A stretch of DNA of 64,000 nucleotides from Amoebidium appalachense. Its lineage: Eukaryota > Protista > Ichthyosporea. The DNA is taken from the NCBI GenBank assembly GCA_963693365.1, contig CAVNZM010000005.1, positions 4,595,167 through 4,659,166 of the forward strand, given 5' to 3'. Under the pieces are notes generated by a model that saw only the letters and a list, made by a program, of their open reading frames with translations, ran no database searches and was not told the origin of the DNA. Below are positions 55,174 through 64,000 of this stretch, in pieces (within the stretch, counting starts at the first letter, position 1; the number at the start of each line of letters is the position of its first letter). The translations under genes were made by a program, and so were the position numbers.

Positions 55174-55716
55174 CGCCGCCCACCCCCACCCCCCACCCCC
55201 CCCCCCCCCAAAAAGACCTTGAAAACTTTGAACATGCATACATGCATCGTGAGGGTACAGAGTCACCGGGCCAGCGGCGCGTGATTTGCAAAGACAAAAC
55301 GTTAACAGTGGCGGTACAAAGTTTAACACGCAATTGATAAACTTATCTTGTGTTGAAAAACGCAGGTGGCAGGGCGCTACTCCAAGGACGCCATCCACAT
55401 CACCAACTACACCCTCATTGACACCACCACCCCAGTCACCAACAACTCTGACGCCATTGCACAAATTCCGGATGACAAACTACAACTGGAAGCGGCCGAC
55501 AAGTCCCAACAAGAATCCGTTCCCAAAACAATTCTCGTCGCATCCCTCGCGGTGGTTGTGTGTGGAGTGTTGTTGTCTTTGTTTGTGTTCACCGTCGCAG
55601 TGCGGAGAATGAGGAATGAGGAAGAAACGCAGCTGTTGGAACAGGAGAAGAGGGTTGGGGATGAGGAGAGCTCTGTGGAAATGAGCGCTTTCAACCCACC
55701 GGCTACCGCTTGCTAG
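48525..55716 (+). CDS. Type I membrane GH19 chitinase-like protein with LysM-like and CBM2-like modules
   Basis: Exons 48525-48810, 50824-50998, 51619-51828, 52718-52963, 53326-53422, 53955-54173, 54622-54762, 55366-55716, all phase-consistent; an alternative in-frame ATG is at 48510. Signal-peptide-like N-terminus. GH19 motifs EIAALLGHIAHES, YYGRGPLQLTWHCNY, AMLFW and FNRTTDRINGYVEC. LysM-like YTVKVADSFCEVAFKHNVS...NLHADQEVFI. CBM2-like WSSGYEATVSMT...WQLTF. TM segment ILVASLAVVVCGVLLSLFVFTVAV followed by RR. Confidence 0.88.
49276..49590. repeat. (TGCG)n tetranucleotide microsatellite block in chitinase intron 1
   Basis: Long, mostly perfect GCGT/TGCG runs flanked by (GT)n. Confidence 0.95.
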
Positions 55717-55875
55717 AGGTGGTTTATGTATGTATGGGCAAGTGACATCATTGCTCGGCAACAAGGCATGACTATGGGGCTTACTAAGATGGGGGTTTGA
55801 TGCCACATGGATGATATGTATTGCAGGCTGTATGTGATGGGAAATTGATGATACTACTGCGCAGAATTATTCTTC

Positions 55876-55982
<107 letters not shown>

Positions 55983-56352
55983 CATATATTAGTCACATTA
56001 TTCTGCAAGAAGTAGAAATATTTTATTAAAGGATTCTGCTTTTGCTCACAGTTTTTGACAGAGTGTCCCTCTGCCAGGTTTTCCTCCCTGTATTATATCG
56101 TTTAGTGCAACGACAGTTATCACATCTTAAACTAAACAATAGGAGAATGGAATGTTAAAACTAAGGATACTACACTGACTACATACCGTATAACTTTTTT
56201 CAATAAATTATTTTGGGTCCCAATTTGAAATATTCATACCGTGCTCGATCAACCAGTTGTGTGCCCCGGGGTGTAAACAAGCGCACCGGGCTGTGGGGGC
56301 CGGGTGGTGCGGTGTTGTACCCTGTACAATCTGCCCTGGGGTTTTTTTTTTT

Positions 56353-56383
<31 letters not shown>

Positions 56384-56626
56384 GGGGGTATATTACGTAA
56401 AGGGAAGGAGGAGATAGAGGGAGAGAGAGAGAGAGAGAGGCCGGGGGGGGGGGGGGGGAGGGGGGAGGGAGGGAGGGAGGGAAGGGGGGGGGGGAGAGAG
56501 AGAGGGGGAGCTCGGGGGTTGAGGGGGGAGAGACCAGAGCTCTCGAGAAAAAGCTCTCGAGAAAAAGTCTAGAGAGAGTAGAGAGGGGAGGGCCCGGGGA
56601 AGGGGGGGGGGGGGGGGGGGGGGGGG

Positions 56627-56673
<47 letters not shown>

Positions 56674-56759
56674 CGAGCGAGAGAGAGAAAAGAGAGAGAG
56701 AGTGAGAGAGAGAAAGCCTCCGCGAGAAGAGAGAAAACAGTAGGGGGGGGGGGGGGGGG

Positions 56760-56829
<70 letters not shown>

Positions 56830-58197
56830 CGAGGGGGAGAGGGAGGGAGGGAGGGAGGGAGGGAGGGAGGGAGGGAGGGAGGGAGGGAAGGAGGGAGGGA
56901 GGGAGGGAGGGAGGGAGGGAAGGAGGGAGGGAGGGAGGTAGGGAGGGAGGGAGTGAGAGCGAGAGAGCCGGGAGGTGAGGGGACGTTCGAATCGCCCGCC
57001 TAACTGCCCGGCGGCAAAACAGCTTTTTGTTTAAAATGTAACTAAACTACATCGGCTCACAATAATAAACAAGAAGCCTAACATTTTCTGTTTTAAACTT
57101 ATATCCGTGTATGTCACATATGTGCCAGGTAGGATCATTTTGGGATCTTTTCAACTTGAAGAGCCATTTCTGGGGTTTACACACTTAGCCATTTCTGTCT
57201 CAGGTAGAGTCAGTCAGGGAGCAAAGAGTACGGAGTGTCTTCGGGCGAAAAGCAAAGCTTGAAGGTGGACAAAAACATCGTTTCTGGAGAGCACAGATGG
57301 AGGAATAAACCCAGAGCTTGCTTGTGAACATAAACAGGATATAGCCTAGTATATCTTTTAGTGGCAGCTGCTTCTTACCCTTGTAATAAGAGGGCTGCTT
57401 TGGCTTTGCGGCTAACCCAAAGGGACACAAAGCGAGTTTGTAGTGTTTAGGCACCCTTTTTGGTTCTGTAGATGGGAAAAAAGCAAAGTCTCCTTTTTGC
57501 TGTTCAGCCTGTTACCTGCACGGAAAGGAAAGCGACACGGATAACAAACTGAGGGATAACTTATCGACCTATACACGCTGGGCTGAAGGATTGATAATAA
57601 GGTGAGCACGTGTGTAGTTTGCTGCCTGTTACAAACACATGTTTGTGGGCGAGCGGATCTAAAATAACAGTCCTGGTAGAGGGAAAAAGGCGGATGCTTG
57701 TTTGGTAGCGCGCCTGCATGGCCTGTGTTATATCAGAGCTTTTAACCAAGGGAAAACGTCATGTTGCGCCGTGACCAGGAAGGATTAATAGTTCAGGAGT
57801 CTAAGAGCGACCGGGAGGGAGGGAGGGAGGGAGGGAGGGAAAGATAAAACAGGAGGGATGGGGGTCAGAGAGGGTGAGAAAGCAAGATCACAAAGTGAGA
57901 GGAGAGCATAAGGACGGAGAGATAGACAACGTATGGATATGCTTTCAGCATCATCGGTTTAGGCATGCAGGTGTTCAGTGGCAAGTGTATTATTCATAAG
58001 GCTTGTTGTACTCAGCATATACAATGAGCTCCCCATATGTGCGTGGTTTCAAAGGAAATCCTTTCTGACGACCCCTTCATTCCAGCAGTGTGGAGAGCAC
58101 AAGAAGAGGGATATGCACCACCTTTTCCTAGATACAGTAGATATCTACTTTCGTAGTACGCACGCACCAGCCAAGGAGTGCAACCCCAGCTCAGGGA

Positions 58198-58335
58198 ATG
58201 GCGGGGCGAGCCCCAGGGGGGGTCATGCCAGGGGGCAATGGGCCCGCAGTGCGGCGTCGGTCCAGTGCTACGGATCGCCCAGTGAAGAAACTGGTCATCA
58301 AGAACTTTGATGGTTGGCGATCTCTACCTCCCCCC

Positions 58336-58368
<33 letters not shown>

Positions 58369-58722
58369 ACGCTCTCTCCCCTTCTCTAACTTTGGTGGAT
58401 GAAGTTTCCACCAACCCTCGTCCAGATGCCCTCTCCTTTATATCTCATAGGTTCAGCCTGCAGGGTTTCATTATTCTCCCCCCCCCCCCCCCCCCCTCCC
58501 CCCCCCCCCCGCCTGGTCGCCCCCTCTTCCTCACTGCCACCCTACCCCTTTATCTTCGAAAACCTTTACTTCTCTGGCTGTAAGACGCGCTATGCCGAGG
58601 TTTATTTGGCTAGAGATCACCCGTACGGTAGACAGGCACGGATAGGTATGGCACATGCAAGGGAAAGGGATTGTTTGAATGGGTTGTGCAGGGCAGCTGG
58701 TTTTAATCGAGTGTAGCCTGGA

Positions 58723-58773
<51 letters not shown>

Positions 58774-60594
58774 TTTTGTCAGAGTGCTACACACATCTCA
58801 CTCTCTCTTCCTCTCTTGCCCTCTCTTTCCCTCCCTCCCTTCCCCCCCCCCCCTCCCCCCCCCCTGCTTTCCCTCTCTCCCCCTCGTCCCTCCCCCTCCC
58901 CCTCTCCCTCTCCTTCTCCCCCCCCTCCCCCCCCCCCCCCCCCCCGCCCCACCCCCCTTGTGTGTTGCGCTCCTCACCCCCCTGCCCCCCCCCCCCCCCC
59001 CCCCCCCCTCCCCCCTCCCCCCCCCCCTCTCTCTCCCCCCCTCTTTCCCCCTTCCCCCCTCTCCCCCTCTCCGGGGTTTTTCCCCCACACTGTGGCCACC
59101 GCCCTCACCCTTGCTTTCGCTCGCGCTCAATCCCTCGCTCCTGCATGTTTATTCTTTGAGTGTCGTCTATATACGGTGGTATCCCACATCTCTGTTCACT
59201 TTTGTCCGTCTGTATCCTCCTGTGCCTTTCCCACATTGCATTTTGCTCTCTCTCTCTGTGTGTATGCAGCGCATGCAGCCCCCCGGCTGCCAGCCAACTA
59301 TGAGAGTGACACGTGGCAGAAACTGCAGCAGGCCGTCAGTGCCGTACACGCATCAAAGGTCATTATCTACATCCCCCCCTCCCCGCCCCTCCCCTCCCCC
59401 TCCCCCCTCCCCATCAGCATCCCTCCCCCCCCCCTTCCTCCCCTCGGCGCGCTTATTATTGACCCCCCCCCCCCCCCCAAAGGGGAAATGAAAAAAAAAA
59501 AAGAATGAAAAAAAGAGAGAAAGCAGAAAGAAGCATGCCCTCAGACTCCTTATTTTGTGTCTTTATCCGGGTACTATATGTAAGCAGCTGTCTGCATGCG
59601 CCTTTCCCTCCCCTCTGAAGCCTTCTATGTTTTCCGTGTTATTTATCATTCCCCCCCCCCCCCCCCCCCCCCCCCTCTCCTCCTCCCCTGCACCTCCCCC
59701 CTCCCACCCTGCCCCCTCCTCCCTTCCCCCTCTGGTTTTCCGCTCGTCATCCCCACCTACAGACTACTGTGGATTATGCCATTTTCTGTTGCTAAGTGCC
59801 GTTTGATCGCAAAACACACCAACACAAAGCATTCACGGAAGTACCCTAAGTCCAGGAAAGGGCACACATATGCACACTTCTACTCACATTTTGTGCAGTC
59901 CGTGTGTGCCGCACACACAAATCTAGAGTCACATAAGGGCACATACACACACATATGGATACACACATCCCCCCCTCCCCTCCCCTCCCTTCCCCGCCCT
60001 CTTCCCCCCCTTGCGTACACACACCCACAGGCACCGCTCCTACCCTTTCCTCGATCTCGCACGACTTTTGTCCTTGTCCCGCCTTTGTCCCTCTCTCTTT
60101 CCTTTCCCCCATGCATGCGAGCTGCATGACATCAACCCCATTTTCCCGCTTCCCCTTTTCCGTCCTCCTTGTTCTTTCTTTTCTACCCCCTGGTCTTTCT
60201 TATTTTCCTCTACCCGCCCACCTCTACTTCTTACCCTTTTATCTCCCCATCGTTGTCTTCTTGCTGCCTGGGAATAGGTGCAGGCATAAGAAAGAGGAAG
60301 ATGTACACACCTGTTGACACGCTCGTATGCTGAGCCACACACACACACACACACATGTGCTCACACACAAACAATTGCACACATGCACACACGCACGGAC
60401 ACACCCTACACAGATGGACCCACACCCAGATGCACACGCACAGACACACAGACACATGCGCGTACGCGCACACGCGTGCACACACGTACGTGCACACGCG
60501 CGCACACACACTACACAGGCACAAACACGGACACATGTGCGAAGCTTGCAGGCATCCACACACCCACCCATATACACCGCATGGCCAGTGACCG

Positions 60595-60669
<75 letters not shown>

Positions 60670-61766
60670 CCCCCCCCCCCCCCTCCCCCCTCCTCCCCTC
60701 CCCCACACACACAGGCTGTTGGGATGAGTCTGGAGGAGCTATACCAGATGGTGGAGAACTTGTGCAATCACAAAATGGCTGCCGGCCTCTACACCAAGCT
60801 CAGAGACGTTTTGGATGCACACATCTGCTCACAGCTGGAGCCCCTCATACAATATCCTATAATGATTGATGGACATGTGCATGTGTAAGAGGGAAAAGAG
60901 TGAGAGATGGCGGATGTGTGGTGTCTGTGTTTCTGCCAATTTGCTCTGTTGTGATGTTGTAATGGTGTGGTGGTGGTGGACGGTGGGCAGGTTGGGGTAA
61001 ACGGTGTATGTGGTGAGGGGAGTGTGCGTTTGTGTGTGTGTTTGGGGGGGGGGGGGGGGGGGGGTTGCTTGTGTTTGTGTGTGTGTGTGTGTGTGTGTGG
61101 GGGGGGGGGGGAGGGTGTTATGGATGAGTGAATTGATAGTTTAGCAAATTCAGTTCAGAAAAACGAGCCTAGCTGTGAAAACAATGTTGTGATTTGCGCA
61201 AAAATCCTTCACCCACACACGTCAGACCTCAACGACACGGACTTTCTGACGCTGATCGACAACTGCTGGCAGGACCATTGCAGGCACATGGTGGGTTGGC
61301 TCGTTATGTATCTGCTCTAAAATTTCTCACTGCTGTCTTTTCCTATTCCTAAGTGTTCCTGGAATATGGAAATCTAATATAGTCACGTATTTCTCAATTT
61401 TCGAGGGTAGCCATACAAGAAGATGGTGTTTCTTTATCTCCCCCCCCCCTCCCCCCTCCCCCCCTCCCCCCCCTCCCCGTCTCCCTCACTCTCCCGAGGC
61501 CACAGCGAACCGGGGGGGAGGGGGAAGGGGGGGGGTATGTATGTGCAGAGGTGATTTGGAGGTTGTGAAATTGCATGTGGTTGTGTCGTAGGGGCACATA
61601 TGGGAGGGAGGGAGAGGTGTTTTGGGTCAGATGCAATGGTTTGCTCACATTGGGCCGGTGGGTGGTTTCAACAGCTCATGATCCGCAGCATATTCTTGTA
61701 CCTGGACCGAACATATGTTCTACAAACCTCGGGAATCATAACCTTGTGGTACGTGTACTGGATTTT

Positions 61767-61809
<43 letters not shown>

Positions 61810-61856
61810 AACCACTAAACGCACGCACGCACAAAAGTGTGTGTGTGTGCACGCAC

Positions 61857-61917
<61 letters not shown>

Positions 61918-63129
61918 TTGGGGGCAGGAGGGAGGGAGGGGAAGCGGAGGGGGGGTGGGGGTGGGATTTGCTTCCTGGTCTCATGCACCCACCTATTGCA
62001 CCGTTGTCGTGCCATCTGTCCACTAGGTTGTACCTACTACCGTTTTTCTTCCATGCTAGTATAAGTATATTCGCAGATTTATGCCGGTGCAAGGTCATGC
62101 ATTCACAGAACATATACTTGTGCGAGAACACACTCACAGAGGCTCGCAGCGCACATATTTTGACACACACATACACAGACACGAACGAACACGGACCCCC
62201 CTCCTCCCCCCCGCCCCCCCCCACACACACCCCAATAGCCATGGTTGTTTATGCAGTTTTCTCACCGTTTGCACAGGGACCTTGGGCTGCATCTGTTCCT
62301 TCAGCACATAGTCAGCAATGTGGAGGTACAGCACAAGACCTTGGCAGGCATACTGCAGCTCATAGAGACAGAGAGGTGTGTGTGTGGGGCAGTGGGTGGG
62401 TGGGTGTGTGGGTGTGTGGGTGTGTGGGGGGAAGAAGGGGGGATGGGCCTGGGTGTGTGTGGGGAGCAGGGGAGATGGGCCTGGGTTTGTGTGGGTGGGG
62501 GAGGGGTGTTTGGGCAAGTGGCTGTGTGTGTGTGTGTGTGATGTGTGTTTTTTTGGGGCAGGGAATGTGTGTGCGTGCGTGTTTGGGTGCTTGTGTATGT
62601 GTGTGTCGGGGGGGGGAGGGGGGGAGGGGGGAGGGGGGGGCAGGCGGGTAGTTGGCTAGGGTAGGTGTAGGTGGGTGGGCGAGGTATGGGTGGGTGTATA
62701 TCTGCCCTTGCCTGTGTGTGTGGCCTCGTTTCGTCTCTATTGTCCCCCCCCCCCCCCCCCCTCCCCCCCCCCCCCCCCCCCGCCTCCTCTCCCCCTCTCC
62801 ATACCTACCATTACCTCCGTTACTTCTTGATACCTCCACCTCCCAATCCCTTGTTCCCGCCCTTGCTCCCTCATTCCACCCTTGCTCCCTCTCCCTCTCC
62901 CTCTCCCTCTCATCTCTCCCTCCCCCCCTCCCTCCCTCCCTCCCTCCCTCCGTTCCTCCCTCTCTCCTTCTTCCCTCTCCCTCCCGGGATGGGGTTCTCT
63001 CAATCTTTCAACCATAACAGTACTTGTTTCTTGGACACTGACATGTTGGCTGGATCAGGTTGGGCAATGCTGTGGACAGAAGTTTACTGAAGAGTCTACT
63101 GCGCATGCTGTCATCCCTGCAGGTGTGCT

Positions 63130-63161
<32 letters not shown>

Positions 63162-63299
63162 CATGTGTGTGCGTGTGCGTGTGTGTTTGTGTTTGTGTGC
63201 ATGCATGTGTGCATGTGCTTGCGTCCAGGTGCCCGTGCCGGTGCCCGCGCGCACACACACACACACATCCGTGGTGTGCCTGTTCGTCTGGGCGGTATA

Positions 63300-63333
<34 letters not shown>

Positions 63334-63899
63334 GATCGTGTGTGTGGGTGTGCAGCCCTCCCCCCCTCTCTCCTCCCACCCTTATGCCCCCGTCGCTTTC
63401 CCTGCCCCCGTCCCCCCGCCCTGCCGGCCTTCCTGCCCATTCTCTCTCTTTATACCCTCTCTCCTCGCTAAACCCTTCCCCCCCCTCCCCCCCTGGTTTC
63501 CCTCTATTGATCCCACCTTAGCCTTCTCTCGCTCTCTATGGCATATCCTACATATGTGTGTGGACGCGTTTGTGTGTGCCCGGGCCAATATGTGTGACAG
63601 TTATGTACATATATCTGTGAAATGCTTGTGCGCTATGGCTGACAGTGCACATGTCTACAAACGTAAACTTTGTGGGAACATGTGTGCTTTGTAGGATTTG
63701 TTCAGCAAACTATACCACTTGCTGGGTTTAGTATCTTGGGTGCAATCTATATCACCAACTGTTACCGCTACAACTTGTGCAGGACACCTGACACATTGCC
63801 TGCCCCCAGATATACGGCAAGGTGTTTGAGACCCCTTTCATTACAGCATCGCAGCGATTCTACGCAAACGAGGGCCGACAGAAGATGCAGGAGTTGAAT
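58198..63899 (+). CDS. CUL4: Cullin-4, N-terminal part; continues beyond the window
   Basis: Exons 58198-58312, 59279 (or 59270)-59358, 60715-60851, 61221-61290, 61675-61748, 62277-62375, 63059-63122, 63810-63899. Motifs [74 protein letters not shown] and VDRSLLKSLLRMLSSLQIY are characteristic of CUL4. Confidence 0.96.
60852..61220 (+). other. U12-type (minor spliceosome) AT-AC intron in CUL4, 369 bp
   Basis: 5' end ATATCCT, branch site TCCTTCAC at 61205-61212, terminal AC at 61219-61220. Removing it restores the CUL4 frame (EPLIQ-SDLNDTDFL); the unspliced frame hits TGA within a few codons. Confidence 0.92.
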
Positions 63900-64000
63900 G
63901 TACGTGTCTGTGCTGTGTGTGTTTTCGTGTGTGTGTGTGTGTGCGTGTGTGTGAGTACAGGTGGGAGGGTGGGTGGGCATGCATGTGTGTGAGCGTGCAT

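Overview
Intron-rich eukaryotic DNA, saturated with (CA)n/(GT)n microsatellites and poly-C/poly-G runs, so most ORF-track entries are low-complexity artefacts. The gene content suggests a unicellular opisthokont, possibly an ichthyosporean-like holozoan (inference). Manual splicing gives eight protein genes: squalene epoxidase (5'-partial, +), PTC7-type PP2C phosphatase (-), complex III subunit UQCR11/QCR10 (+), an orphan multi-pass membrane ORF (-), a ~20-kb BAH-domain gene with a possible Plus3-like domain (-), ARPC2 (-, one GC-AG intron), a membrane-anchored GH19 chitinase with LysM-like and CBM2-like modules (+), and cullin-4 (3'-partial, +, one U12-type AT-AC intron). The main discovery candidate is a family of ~160-nt structured intronic RNAs. 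There are four full copies in two subfamilies plus one truncated copy in the BAH gene, and one decayed copy in SQLE, all in the host-sense orientation. Their helices show compensatory changes, and they carry the hammerhead core motifs (CUGANGA, CGAAAC, GUH) in a non-canonical, pseudoknotted strand order. All structures and domain calls were made by eye and need computational and experimental confirmation.
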